From NCBI GenBank assembly GCA_964248365.1, contig CAXTYC010000035.1:1-55332 (forward strand): 55,332 bases of DNA, in the 5' to 3' direction. The notes beneath the pieces were generated by a model. The model worked only from the letters and a program-made list of their open reading frames with translations. It was not told where the DNA came from and made no database searches. A program made the position numbers and the translations under genes. Each line of letters begins with the position of its first letter. Position 1 is the stretch's first letter. Positions 30,113-40,575 of the stretch are shown here, in pieces. The DNA comes from an uncultured Chroococcidiopsis sp. Its GTDB lineage: Bacteria > Cyanobacteriota > Cyanobacteriia > Cyanobacteriales > Chroococcidiopsidaceae.

Positions 30113-30475
30113 CTAGAATTCTTCAGCACCACCGTTGCCGAAATTCGAGTCTGCATCACGTTTGGAACCCAATAAATCCATTTTGTCTACATGGATGATT
30201 GGTGTGGAACGGGCTGCGCCTGTGCTGCGATCGCTCCAATTGTCCAACTTCAACGACCCTTTCACTCCAATTAGGCTACCCTTACGTACATAGTTCCCCG
30301 CTATTTCCGCTGTCTTCCCCCACAGTTCCAGAGTAAACCAATCTGGCTCATCGCTATTACGTGATTGCCTCCTGACTGCTAGTGTCAATTTACACTTCAC
30401 ATTCCCCGACTCAAAATACTTCATATCAGGGTCACTACCTACGCGACCTACCAGAGTTACAACGTTGAGACTCAT
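30113..30475 (-). CDS. ssb: Single-stranded DNA-binding protein
   Basis: LNVVTLVGR, DWF..ELWGKTAE, KGSLIGVKG, acidic tail EEF. Confidence 0.95.
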   Translation of the reverse strand: MSLNVVTLVGRVGSDPDMKYFESGNVKCKLTLAVRRQSRNSDEPDWFTLELWGKTAEIAGNYVRKGSLIGVKGSLKLDNWSDRSTGAARSTPIIHVDKMDLLGSKRDADSNFGNGGAEEF

Positions 30476-30488
30476 TTGTGTTACTTTT

Positions 30489-30502
30489 AGTACAACTGTA
30501 CT
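30489..30502. promoter_or_regulatory. Cyanobacterial LexA box upstream of ssb
   Basis: AGTACAACTGTACT matches RGTAC-N3-DGTWCB on both strands, 13 nt upstream of the ssb start. Confidence 0.75.
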
Positions 30503-30965
30503 CTTTTACCCCACCATAATCATAGCCAATTATGCACACAATGGGAAGAAATTGCTGAAAAAATGGAAAAAATTTGCTAAAAATATAATTTTTTTTCTAA
30601 ACATTAAATAACTTAACATTTAGGGCAAATACCAATGCAAAAATACTGATAGTAGGTTCATCAACCTTCCTTTTATAGAGCAGCCTGCTTGCTTTCGTAC
30701 AACAGTAAATTTACTTAAAAGTTGTGTTTGTTAGCTAAAAATATTGTGAAGTAATCAGTGAAAGCACCCTTGGATGTTTAAGTAGACCAGCGTAAAGTTT
30801 TTTAACTATAAGAGTACATTTTTAAGCCAATCTAAAAAATGAAACCCAGTTAAACCAAGAAATAGCTCGACTCGACTAAACTCAAAACAGAAGCATTAAT
30901 AAAATCCAAGCGGCTGCTGATTGCCGCTATATAAAAACGTATTGCACTTGCGTGGGAGTAAGAGC

Positions 30966-32015
30966 GTGGGAATTTTTAGTTTTTTTAATCGGTTTTCGTT
31001 GTCTAGGGACATGGGTATCGATCTAGGTACCGCCAACACCCTGGTGTATGTTTCTGGTAAAGGTATTGTTCTCCAAGAGCCTTCAGTGATTGCGATCGAT
31101 CTTCACGATCGCACAGCAATAGCAGTAGGAGAAGAGGCAAAAAAAATGATGGGCAAAACGCCCCCAAACGTCGCTGTAATTCGACCTTTGCGAGATGGTG
31201 TGATTGCTGACTTTGATACAGCTGAACAAATGCTTAAGCATTTTATGGAGCGGGTACACGGCGGTAGAGTTGTTTCTCCCCGTGTTGTGATTGGCATTCC
31301 CAGCGGCGTTACTAGTGTAGAACAGCGGGCGCTTAAGGATGCAGCCTTACGAGCTGGGGCTAGAGACGTTGACTTTGTAGATGAACCATTAGCGGCGGCG
31401 ATGGGTGCGGGACTCCCTGTAGCTGATCCGATTGGCAATATGGTGATTGACATTGGTGGAGGTACGACAGAAATTGCCGTACTAAGTTACTACCGCACGG
31501 TTATTTGTGAATCGGTACGTATTGCAGGGGATGAGTTGAATGCAGCGATTATACAGTACATGAGGAAAATGTACAACTTGGTGATTGGTGAACCCACAGC
31601 TGAGGACATCAAAATTCGCATTGGCTCTGCCTATCCCTTTCCTAATGATGATGAAAATATGATGGAGGTAAGGGGAATACACGTACTGTCTGGTTTACCG
31701 CGCACAGTCAAGATCAAGGAACCAGAGATTCGGGAAAGTATGTCGGAACCTTTGTCTGTGATTATAGAGGCAGTCAAGCGGACGCTGGAAAGGACACCCC
31801 CAGAATTAGCAGGAGACATAGTTGATCGAGGCATTATGCTGGCTGGAGGCGGTGCTAAGTTGCGGGGACTAGACACGCTGATCAGCCATGAAACTGGGAT
31901 TGTTACTCATATAGCACCTGAGCCTTTAAACTGCGTCGTGCTGGGAACAGGTATAGCACTAGAAAAGTATAAACAGATGGAACGGGTATTTAGCGATCGC
32001 TCTCGTCGCGTGTAG
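30966..32015 (+). CDS. mreB: Rod shape-determining protein MreB
   Basis: GIDLGTANT, IRPLRDGVIADF, DIGGGTTE, GGGAKL; start placed at GTG 30966. Confidence 0.96.
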   Translation: MGIFSFFNRFSLSRDMGIDLGTANTLVYVSGKGIVLQEPSVIAIDLHDRTAIAVGEEAKKMMGKTPPNVAVIRPLRDGVIADFDTAEQMLKHFMERVHGGRVVSPRVVIGIPSGVTSVEQRALKDAALRAGARDVDFVDEPLAAAMGAGLPVADPIGNMVIDIGGGTTEIAVLSYYRTVICESVRIAGDELNAAIIQYMRKMYNLVIGEPTAEDIKIRIGSAYPFPNDDENMMEVRGIHVLSGLPRTVKIKEPEIRESMSEPLSVIIEAVKRTLERTPPELAGDIVDRGIMLAGGGAKLRGLDTLISHETGIVTHIAPEPLNCVVLGTGIALEKYKQMERVFSDRSRRV

Positions 32016-32181
32016 ATATTCATACATCGGGGTTTCAATCTCTAGGGGTATGTTTTGTTGCCACTATTTTAGGCACATTAGTAATTACCCCTAATTTGCT
32101 TCGATCCTCAATGGCAGATTTCAGGGTTAATCAGCATCTATAAAGCTCACAAATATATTGAGTGCTTACCGCAGTCAAACT

Positions 32182-32922
32182 ATGTATACAATACGTCGTA
32201 ACTGGTGGGAAAAACACGGAAAGCCCACAGTGATAGTTAGTTTAGCCCTTGTTACTGCCTGGACGCTTCGCCAGACTCAGGCAGCAGCAATTTTTGAAGT
32301 TTACCGATTAATTACTAGTCCTTTCTCTGGCGCACCAACCCAGCCAGAGCGGTTGAGTGATGCTCAAACGCGGGAACTACAAGCGCGGTTAGCAGAACTA
32401 AAAAGCCAAAATCAAAAGTTACAAGAGTTATTGGGCATTGCTACGCCAAAACAGTCGCAATCAGCCATTGTGGCTCCTGTTGTAGGGCGTGGTGCTGACC
32501 ACTGGTGGCAACAAGTAACTTTGGGTCGCGGTTCAACGGCTGGGATTCAATCTGGTTTTACTGTCACTGCTCCTGGTGGTTTAGTGGGTCGAGTTGTCAG
32601 TGTAACTCCCAATACTAGCCGTGTATTATTAATTAGCGATCGCACAAGTACTTTAGGTGTTACCGTAAGTCGTAGCCGCGATATGGGTTTTCTGCGCGGA
32701 CAGTCTGATAGCCGTGCTGTAATGCAGTTTTTTGATAAAGTTCCCAATGTGCGACGCGGCGATGTGGTTGCTACTTCGCAATATAGTCAAATCTTCCGCC
32801 CTGGCTTACCTGTGGGACGGGTAGAGTCTGTGAATATGGACAAAAGCCCAGCCCCAGAAGCGGTTATTTCCCTGTCAGCACCCATCGCTTACTTAGAATG
32901 GGTTGTTGTCTCACCCAAATAA
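32182..32922 (+). CDS. mreC: Rod shape-determining protein MreC
   Basis: N-terminal TM plus coiled coil, GLVGRV, GDVVATS; follows mreB. Confidence 0.93.
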   Translation: MYTIRRNWWEKHGKPTVIVSLALVTAWTLRQTQAAAIFEVYRLITSPFSGAPTQPERLSDAQTRELQARLAELKSQNQKLQELLGIATPKQSQSAIVAPVVGRGADHWWQQVTLGRGSTAGIQSGFTVTAPGGLVGRVVSVTPNTSRVLLISDRTSTLGVTVSRSRDMGFLRGQSDSRAVMQFFDKVPNVRRGDVVATSQYSQIFRPGLPVGRVESVNMDKSPAPEAVISLSAPIAYLEWVVVSPK

Positions 32923-33205
32923 GGCAGCAGGGGGGACTCGCTCTTCACTCGCGTTGTGGGGATGGGGGGGCAAAGGGGGGCAGGGAAGCAGGGGAGCAGG
33001 GGGGACAAGGGGACTGTTGTGAGAATTACTCTGGACTTCCCCCCCTCACCCCCTCACCCCCTCTTCTTTCCCTAGCCTCTAGCCCCTAGCCCCTAGCCCC
33101 TCTATTAGGGCGATTTGATTTTGGATTGATTAAGCTTTAGCTAAAAGTAGCCGCTTTTGTGCTAATACCTTTAAAATCTAAAATTCGCAAATCCCCCTCA
33201 TACGT

Positions 33206-33805
33206 ATGCTAAAAACTAATTCCTTGAGTCGCCGTGTTCCGAGTCGAAATACTCATACTCCTAGACGAGCTGTGGTGAACTGGGTAGTGACAGTTGGCTC
33301 TGTAATTTTATGTTTGCTACTGTTGCCTATGCGCTTACCTGGAATGGAATTACTGGGGATCGCGCCCAACTGGCTATTGATTTGGGTGGTGGCATGGAGT
33401 ATTAGACGTACAGCCATTCAAGGCGCGATCGCTGGGTTGGTTTTAGGACTAATTCAAGATGGCATGACATCACCCTATCCTACCCATGCCCTGAGTTTGA
33501 TGGTGGTAGGAGTTTTGAGTGCTCGTTTGCAAAAGCAGCGTTATCTACAGGAAGACTTTATTATTGTTGCCTTGATTGTATTTGGTATGACCATTTTGGC
33601 AGAAATTATTGCCACCCTGCAATTCAGTTTCTTAAGCTATAACACAGCAGGTACAGATAGCTTTACACTAGGTAAGTTAGTTGAAATTTGGCAAGATCAC
33701 CAGCAAGTTGCCCTTACGTCAGCAATTGTTAGTAGCCTTTGGGCTCCAATAATTTACTATCCCCTCAATCATTGGTGGGCAAAGACTGTCGGAATTCGCA
33801 ATTAA
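33206..33805 (+). CDS. mreD: Rod shape-determining protein MreD
   Basis: Hydrophobic protein with PNWLLIWVVAWS and GLIQD; follows mreC. Confidence 0.9.
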   Translation: MLKTNSLSRRVPSRNTHTPRRAVVNWVVTVGSVILCLLLLPMRLPGMELLGIAPNWLLIWVVAWSIRRTAIQGAIAGLVLGLIQDGMTSPYPTHALSLMVVGVLSARLQKQRYLQEDFIIVALIVFGMTILAEIIATLQFSFLSYNTAGTDSFTLGKLVEIWQDHQQVALTSAIVSSLWAPIIYYPLNHWWAKTVGIRN

Positions 33806-33886
33806 TTATGCCCTCGGAATTGTCAGATTGCAATTTAAAAAGCGCGCAATTGTTCTTATCTTCCCTAGGCTCCACGAGGCGATCGC

Positions 33887-35110
33887 GTGGCTCCCCTAGG
33901 CTCCCTTCTAGCCCCTATACTTAGTGTGAACTCTCAACCAAACGCATCAGAAAGGACAGACTCAACCAACGACTCACAAGTAGTATCAGTAACCATCTCT
34001 GGGACAAATTCAGAGGAGATTGTGGGTACTGCTTTTGATCGGGAGATGATGCAGCGGTGTTTGACACTCGCCCGTCGTGCGAGGGGACGCACTGCACCCA
34101 ATCCAATGGTTGGATCTGTGATTGTCCAAAATGGAGAAATCGTCGGCGAGGGATTCCATCCAGGGGCGGGACAACCCCATGCGGAAGTTTTTGCTTTAAG
34201 AGCAGCAGGCGATCGCGTCCTGGGGGCAACTCTATATGTCAATTTAGAACCATGCAATCACTACGGGCGCACTCCCCCTTGTTCGGAAGCCGTAGTTGCT
34301 GCTGGTGTGGCGAAGGTAGTGGTAGGCATGATCGACCCGAACCCACTGGTAGCGGGTGGCGGCGTTGCTCGATTACAAGCGGCAGGAATTGAAGTACTAG
34401 TAGGGGTAGAAGAAGCTGATTGTCGTCAGCTAAATGAAGCATTTATCCATCGCATTCTCTACCAGCGACCTTTTGGAATTTTAAAATATGCCATGACCTT
34501 AGATGGGAAAATCGCTACAACTAGCGGTCACAGTGCTTGGATTACTAATCAAGAGGCACGGCAAGAAGTGCATCAGCTAAGGTCGGCTTGTGATGCCGTA
34601 ATTGTAGGTGGTAATACAGTCCGACGAGACAACCCTCATTTAACTAGCCGGATGGCAGATGCTGCTAATCCCCTACGAGTGGTAATGAGTCGGACGCTTG
34701 ATCTACCAAAAGAAGCTTATCTATGGCAGACAGATGAAGTCCCGACTTTGGTATTGACTCAGGAGGGTGCTAATCCTGAATTTCAACAACTGCTACGGCA
34801 AAAGGGAGTAGAGGTAGTAGAGTTGTCCCCTGTAACACCTGCCAATGTGATGACTTATTTATACAACCGAGGCTTGCTATCTGTGTTATGGGAATGTGGA
34901 GGTACTTTAGCAGCAAGTGCGATCGCCCAGGGATCTGTGCAAAAAATCCTCGCCTTTATTGCCCCTAAAATTATCGGTGGTAGTACTGCTCCCACTCCTG
35001 TAGGCGATTTAGGTTTAACTACCATGACTCAGGCAATATCCCTAGAACGAGTCCGCTGGCGTACTGTAGGTTCTGATTGCCTGCTAGAAGGTTATTTGCC
35101 ACTCAAGTGA
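33887..35110 (+). CDS. ribD: Bifunctional riboflavin deaminase/reductase RibD (start uncertain, probably downstream)
   Basis: PNPMVG, HAE, LEPCNHYGRTPPC, TLDGKIA, ECGG. Confidence 0.95.
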   Translation: MAPLGSLLAPILSVNSQPNASERTDSTNDSQVVSVTISGTNSEEIVGTAFDREMMQRCLTLARRARGRTAPNPMVGSVIVQNGEIVGEGFHPGAGQPHAEVFALRAAGDRVLGATLYVNLEPCNHYGRTPPCSEAVVAAGVAKVVVGMIDPNPLVAGGGVARLQAAGIEVLVGVEEADCRQLNEAFIHRILYQRPFGILKYAMTLDGKIATTSGHSAWITNQEARQEVHQLRSACDAVIVGGNTVRRDNPHLTSRMADAANPLRVVMSRTLDLPKEAYLWQTDEVPTLVLTQEGANPEFQQLLRQKGVEVVELSPVTPANVMTYLYNRGLLSVLWECGGTLAASAIAQGSVQKILAFIAPKIIGGSTAPTPVGDLGLTTMTQAISLERVRWRTVGSDCLLEGYLPLK

Positions 35111-35264
35111 GGGGCTGGGGGCTGGGGGCTAGAAGCTGGGGAAATCTGGGGGAGCTGGGGGGAAAATTACCCTTTTCCCTTTTTCCTTTTTATAGCCTCT
35201 GGTTCCTCTAGTTCCTCTGGTTCCTCTAGTTCCTCTAGCCCCTAGCCCCTAGCTTCTGGTTCCT

Positions 35265-36755
35265 CTAGCCCCTAGTTTTCACTACTTTTAACTGTTTGAG
35301 GCTGGGATCTGCACAACCGCTAATCACTCCACCTATTGCTTTAATTTGTTGTAGATAGTCTAAAGCAGCTGGGGTAATGACTTCACCTGGCATTAAAACT
35401 GGGATACCTGGTGGATAAGGGCAAACTAGTTCAGCACTGATGCAAGCATTTGTCTGTTGCATCAGCATTGTTTCTGTAGGAGCAAAAAAAGCTTCACGCG
35501 GGGAGATGGCTGAATTGGTAACTGGTAACTGGTAACTGTTCATTGTTCTTCTCTCCCCCAGCTCCCCCAGCTCCCCCAGCTCCCTCAGCTTTCTTCTAGC
35601 AAGGGTGGTGAAAGCTTGTACCAGTTGCTCAATATCTGCCTGTGTGTTACCCAAAGTGATAATAAAGGTTAGGTGCTGTTGTGATGGTAACTCGGCTGTA
35701 ACGCCCAATTTTTGATGCAGAATTTCATCAGCCTCAAATCCCGTTATTCCTAAACCAGAAACTGTGACAGTTAATCGTGTTCTGTCAAGCGTGACAAAAC
35801 CTGGTGTTTGCTTTGAAGGTTGTAAAACTGACAATCCTGGTATATTAGTAATGCGCTTTCTAGCACTATCAGCTAGCTGTAAAGTTCTAGCCATCAGTTC
35901 TTTTCCTTGCAATGCCATTTGCTGACGTGCTGCATCTAGAGAAGCTAAAAGTAAATAGCTGGGGCTGGTAGATTGTAGTAATTGCAATGACTTGCTTACA
36001 CGGTCAATATTTACTCTATTGCCTTGAATGTGTAGCATAGAGGCTTGAGTCATTGCTCCGAGTACTTTATGGATGGACTGGACAGTCAAATCTGCACCCC
36101 TCGCTAAGGCTGGGGTGGGTAATTCTGGATGAAAGGCAAAATGAGATCCGTGTGCTTCGTCTACTAGCAGAGGAATGTTGTGTTTGTGAGCAATAGAGGC
36201 GATCGCTGCCACATCTCCACAAACACCGTAGTATGTTGGATATACCATCATCACTGCCTTCGCATCGGGATGTTGCTCTAGCGCAACTGCAACGCCGGAT
36301 GGGGTAATGCTGTGGGCAATGTCCAGTGAGCAATCGTATTCGGGATAGACGAAAATAGGAATAGCACCGGAGAGAATTAAGCCGGAGATCGCAGAATAAT
36401 GCACATTCCGAGGCAAGATAATCTTATCTCCAGCCCCACAGGTAGCCAAGATTGCCGCTTCTACTCCACAGGTGGAACCATTAACTAAAAACCAAGTTTT
36501 TTCCGCCCCAAATGCGTGGGCTGCAAGTTGTTGAGCCTCTTGAATTACCGCTTGGGGGGCGTACAAATTATCTAACTGGGGTAGTTCTGGTAAATCGGCA
36601 CGAAAAACATCTGCACCAAAACAATCAGCCAACCGTTGAGAAATTCCTTTTCCTCGCTTGTGTCCTGGGGTGTAAAAGGGTGCATGATTTTTTTTAGCAC
36701 ACTCCCATAGAGCATCTAGTAAGGGGGTTGAGGCTTGAGAAGAGTTGAATAGCAT
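35265..36755 (-). CDS. Orn/Lys/Arg decarboxylase (PLP, fold type I)
   Basis: FYTPGHKRG, LVNGST, VDEAHG, QSIHK, STSPSY, PYPPGIP. Confidence 0.92.
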   Translation of the reverse strand: MLFNSSQASTPLLDALWECAKKNHAPFYTPGHKRGKGISQRLADCFGADVFRADLPELPQLDNLYAPQAVIQEAQQLAAHAFGAEKTWFLVNGSTCGVEAAILATCGAGDKIILPRNVHYSAISGLILSGAIPIFVYPEYDCSLDIAHSITPSGVAVALEQHPDAKAVMMVYPTYYGVCGDVAAIASIAHKHNIPLLVDEAHGSHFAFHPELPTPALARGADLTVQSIHKVLGAMTQASMLHIQGNRVNIDRVSKSLQLLQSTSPSYLLLASLDAARQQMALQGKELMARTLQLADSARKRITNIPGLSVLQPSKQTPGFVTLDRTRLTVTVSGLGITGFEADEILHQKLGVTAELPSQQHLTFIITLGNTQADIEQLVQAFTTLARRKLRELGELGELGERRTMNSYQLPVTNSAISPREAFFAPTETMLMQQTNACISAELVCPYPPGIPVLMPGEVITPAALDYLQQIKAIGGVISGCADPSLKQLKVVKTRG

Positions 36756-37054
36756 TAGTTACTTGGGACTGGTTTGGTGTAATAAGATTTCGGATTTATG
36801 TCGCGCAAAGATGCAAAGACAAGGACACCCAGGTGCGGGGGTTCCCCCCGCCCCCGTAAAGTGTCCGCGCAAAAGTTTATAAGTAAAGGTTTTTCAATTG
36901 GTCTTAATTTGTGATAATCTTGTATGTTGGCAACTTGAAAATTATAAGGCGATGATTATTAAAGGAATAGGTGGCTAAGTGTAAGCATTAGGGAAGATGT
37001 CATTAGAGATGTTGTTATCTACCTTGATAAGATTAAATGCTTTAATTTAAATCC

Positions 37055-37234
37055 ATGATAAATATTCCCGATCCACAAATTCCCATTCCAACTCCTAATC
37101 CCTCACCTGTTCCTCAACCTACTCCAGCTCCCGTGCCAGAACCCGTACCCGCACCAGTGCCAGAACCCGTACCCGCACCGATACCTCAACCTGTGCCAGC
37201 ACCAGTACCTCAACCGATTCCAGGTCCAGTTTAA
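37055..37234 (+). CDS. 59-aa proline-alternating microprotein (not in the ORF track)
   Basis: [59 protein letters not shown]; Pro codons vary (CCC/CCA/CCT/CCG). Confidence 0.7.
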   Translation: MINIPDPQIPIPTPNPSPVPQPTPAPVPEPVPAPVPEPVPAPIPQPVPAPVPQPIPGPV

Positions 37235-37297
37235 AATTGCCGTTGAAAATTGCTAGTTGAAAATTATCAGTTGAAAATTGCCAGTTGAAAATTGATT
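37229..37297. repeat. 14-nt tandem repeat GTTGAAAATTrnnn (4 full copies plus 1 degenerate)
   Basis: Units start at 37242, 37256, 37270 and 37284; a degenerate unit overlaps the upstream stop codon. Confidence 0.85.
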
Positions 37298-37443
37298 CTA
37301 CCCAGTTTCGTCTTTAGCGGCTGGGTTTCTAAATTTTAATCTAAAATCTGTCTTGGAAAGTTTGGCGGGACCCAAACCGACACCGCTAACTTTCCGCAAA
37401 ATCTAAAATCTAAAGTCATCTAATCTAAAATCTAAAACCCAAA

Positions 37444-38535
37444 ATGCTAAGAGCCGGAATTGTTGGGCTTCCTAACGTCGGAAAGTCTACTTTATTTAAT
37501 GCCCTAGTTGCCAATGCGAAAGCTGAAGCAGCAAATTTTCCTTTTTGTACGATTGAACCGAATGTTGGTGTTGTTTCAGTACCGGATGAGCGGTTAAAGG
37601 CTTTAGCTGATATCTCCAACTCGGTGCAGGTTGTACCGACTAGGGTAGAGTTTGTCGATATTGCGGGTTTGGTTGAAGGCGCAAGTCAGGGTGAGGGGTT
37701 GGGTAATCAATTTTTATCTCACATCCGCGAAGTTGATGCGATTGTTCATGTGGTGCGGTGTTTTGAAAATGATGACATTATCCATGTGGCTGGTTCTGTT
37801 GATCCAGCACGGGATATTGAAATCATTAATTTGGAGCTAGGTTTAGCAGACTTGGCACAAATTGAGCGGCGGATTGATCGCACTCGTAAACAAGCTCGTG
37901 CTAACAAAGATGCACAATTTGAATTAGCCCTTCTGGAAAAATTAAGTGTTGCCCTAAACGAGGGTAAACCTATACGGCAAGTCAGTTTAACTGAAGAAGA
38001 AGCCGCGACTATTAAGGGATTAGGACTGCTTACCAGTAAACCAGTGATTTATGCTGCTAATGTGTCTGAAGATGATTTGGCAACTGGGAATGAACAGGTG
38101 GAGAAGGTGCGGCAAATTGCCAATCAGGAAAAGGCTCAAGTTGTTGTAGTTTCCGCTCAGGTGGAAGCGGAACTAGTAGAGTTACCAGAAGAAGATAGGG
38201 CAGAATTTCTTGCCTCTTTAGGGGTAGAAGAAGGTGGGCTGAAATCATTAATTCGCGCCACTTATGAGCTTTTGGGCTTGCGTACCTACTTCACCAGTGG
38301 TCCCAAGGAAACCCGTGCTTGGACAATTACAGCAGGAATGCTAGCACCCCAAGCGGCTGGGGTAATTCACTCTGACTTTGAGCGGGGATTTATTCGGGCT
38401 GAAACTGTCTCATATAATGACCTGGTTACGAATGGCTCAATAAATGCGGCAAAAGAGAAGGGTTTAGTTCGCAGTGAGGGGAAAGATTACGTTGTGCAGG
38501 AAGGGGATGTGATGTTGTTCCGGTTTAATGTCTAA
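37444..38535 (+). CDS. ychF: Ribosome-binding ATPase YchF
   Basis: GLPNVGKST, NFPFCTIEPN, DIAGLV, IHSDFERGFIRAE. Confidence 0.97.
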   Translation: MLRAGIVGLPNVGKSTLFNALVANAKAEAANFPFCTIEPNVGVVSVPDERLKALADISNSVQVVPTRVEFVDIAGLVEGASQGEGLGNQFLSHIREVDAIVHVVRCFENDDIIHVAGSVDPARDIEIINLELGLADLAQIERRIDRTRKQARANKDAQFELALLEKLSVALNEGKPIRQVSLTEEEAATIKGLGLLTSKPVIYAANVSEDDLATGNEQVEKVRQIANQEKAQVVVVSAQVEAELVELPEEDRAEFLASLGVEEGGLKSLIRATYELLGLRTYFTSGPKETRAWTITAGMLAPQAAGVIHSDFERGFIRAETVSYNDLVTNGSINAAKEKGLVRSEGKDYVVQEGDVMLFRFNV

Positions 38536-38797
38536 TAGCCAAATCAATAGACTTCTTGCCTCGTACTACCACTTAAAATCTGGGCATTGCATTGTAGAGA
38601 CGCTTTTGTGATCGCGTCTCTACAATCGAGCATCGAAAATCTAAAATCAAGGCATTCCTAAGTTTTTACAGCGCAGTTCCAGGCAATGCTGCCAAACCAG
38701 ATACAGTTAGCAAACTTAGCAGGAATATTGCTAGAACCAAAGGCATCATATTTGCTAATTCAAGTTTTTTGACTTTTAAAGCTTGAATTGAATTCCT

Positions 38798-38983
38798 CTA
38801 GAGTGAAGAGATAGGAATTATCAAAGGTTTGAAGATAGTTACTACAAGTAAAACTATTAAAGATAGAAACATCTCCTCTGGAGACAAGGAATCCCCTTTC
38901 TTGAATAACTTAAAACAATAGATCAACAGATAGCAACTGCTCAATAAATAGGCAATCACTAAAGTAACTAGGAGCAATTCCAT
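38798..38983 (-). CDS. Small hydrophobic hypothetical protein
   Basis: 61 aa with two hydrophobic stretches; GAGG upstream of the ATG. Confidence 0.45.
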   Translation of the reverse strand: MELLLVTLVIAYLLSSCYLLIYCFKLFKKGDSLSPEEMFLSLIVLLVVTIFKPLIIPISSL

Positions 38984-39285
38984 AGCCTCAAAGCTTTTGA
39001 TGAATATTTAAATTATTTGATAGAAGTAATTTGATAGAGCTAAACAAAACTTTATACAATTGCCTGAACTTTATTGATTTAGTGTAAAAGCTTAAACCAC
39101 AGTACTCTAACTTTAGTCAATATTCATACCTTAGTACTGACTAAATATCAATAAAAATACGTAAATTTATTCCTTGTGACTCTTGACCGAAGAAAGGGAA
39201 AGGGGAAAAGGAGAAAGGCTAAGGGTAAAGGCGGGCATGGTAATTTCCCCCCCAGATCCCCCAGCTCCTGGGGCAATAAATATAA

Positions 39286-39822
39286 TTACGAATTTATCCT
39301 TTTCCCTTTTCTTTTAACTGGTAACTGGTAACTGGTAACTGGTAACTGATTTAAGTGATTCTGCAACTGTGCGCGCATAGCTTCTCGACCCAGCATAAAT
39401 AGTCCGGTAACACCCAGGCAAACAAACCAAATGTATTGATGCCAATATTTCCGAATTTGTTCAAATGGGCTGAGTTTTGGGTGCAGCGTGTAGAGGTAAA
39501 GAATTAATAAGGCGATCGCTAGCGCTCCGAAGCCAACAAAGCTTAATCCAATCAAAATCCGAGCTGGGTGCAACTCCAAATCACTAATTTGATCTATGTC
39601 AATGTCTGCTAGCTCGTTAAGAGAATCTTCTGCCACTACTGAAGTTACTTGTAACTTATTTGCCACTGGCTGCGGTAAAATCGGCACTAACGCCTCTACG
39701 GTTTGGCGGCGCAGCAGCCCTTCTGTATCTCGCAGAAATTCCAACGGCTTCCGACTGGGTGGTTCGGCAAATCCTGTATATTTTACTTTTTTCCAGCTAT
39801 TTGATTCAGGATCGAAATCCAT
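39286..39822 (-). CDS. Hypothetical membrane protein
   Basis: Two TM segments; the C-terminus runs into (GGTAACT)n repeats. Confidence 0.7.
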   Translation of the reverse strand: MDFDPESNSWKKVKYTGFAEPPSRKPLEFLRDTEGLLRRQTVEALVPILPQPVANKLQVTSVVAEDSLNELADIDIDQISDLELHPARILIGLSFVGFGALAIALLILYLYTLHPKLSPFEQIRKYWHQYIWFVCLGVTGLFMLGREAMRAQLQNHLNQLPVTSYQLPVKRKGKRINS

Positions 39823-39979
39823 AGCACACCGTTCAAAGGGGAAAGGGGGAAAGGGTAAAGGGGAAAGGCAAAAAGGTTGAAGGTTGAAGGTTGAAGGCTA
39901 AAGGCAAAAAGATTAAATTTCACACTTCATACTTCATACTTCATACTTCACACTTCATACTTTACACTTCACACTTGAT

Positions 39980-40537
39980 TTAGGCAGTAGTTTTCTGCAA
40001 TTGTTCTAGCCGTGCCAAAACTTCTGTGCTGTGAATTGCTGGATTGACTTTAACAAAAGTTTCACGTAGAACGCCGTTTGGATCAATAATAAAAGTATGA
40101 CGCACGGATACAAAACTTAGCCAAGAGCCATATTCCTTACTTACTTCGCCAGTTGTATCAGCTAAAAGTGGAAATTTCAAACCTTCTGATTCACAGAATT
40201 CGGCGTGGGAATCAACAGAGTCTGCACTGACACCAATAATCTGGGTGTTTTTTTCCTGATATTTTGGTAAGTCTTGCTGAAACCGCCGCGCTTCCAAGGT
40301 ACAACCAGCAGTGAAATCTTTGGGATAGAAGTAGAGGACTAGCCACGATCCACGAAAGTCAGATAGCCTTACTTCTCCATCACCTGTGTTAGTGGGTAGG
40401 GTAAACTCAGGAGCAGGCTGATTTACAGGTGGGAGCTTACCGCCTATGGCTAGCGCCTCAGTCACAAAACTTAACTGAGCAAGGAAAGCCAAACAGCAGG
40501 TAAATAGAGCGGTTAGAAAAGTGCGACGGGATAACAT
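39980..40537 (-). CDS. bcp: Peroxiredoxin (BCP/PrxQ type) with a Tat-like signal
   Basis: SRRTFL, FYPKDFTAGCTLEA, GVSAD, FPLLAD. Confidence 0.9.
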   Translation of the reverse strand: MLSRRTFLTALFTCCLAFLAQLSFVTEALAIGGKLPPVNQPAPEFTLPTNTGDGEVRLSDFRGSWLVLYFYPKDFTAGCTLEARRFQQDLPKYQEKNTQIIGVSADSVDSHAEFCESEGLKFPLLADTTGEVSKEYGSWLSFVSVRHTFIIDPNGVLRETFVKVNPAIHSTEVLARLEQLQKTTA

Positions 40538-40575
40538 AATGAATGTATGAGAGCCAACGTTAACACAAGTTTACA

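Noticed and set aside
32898..33089. 63-aa ORF between mreC and mreD
   Set aside because: Made of G-rich and C-rich tandem repeats; no coding signal.
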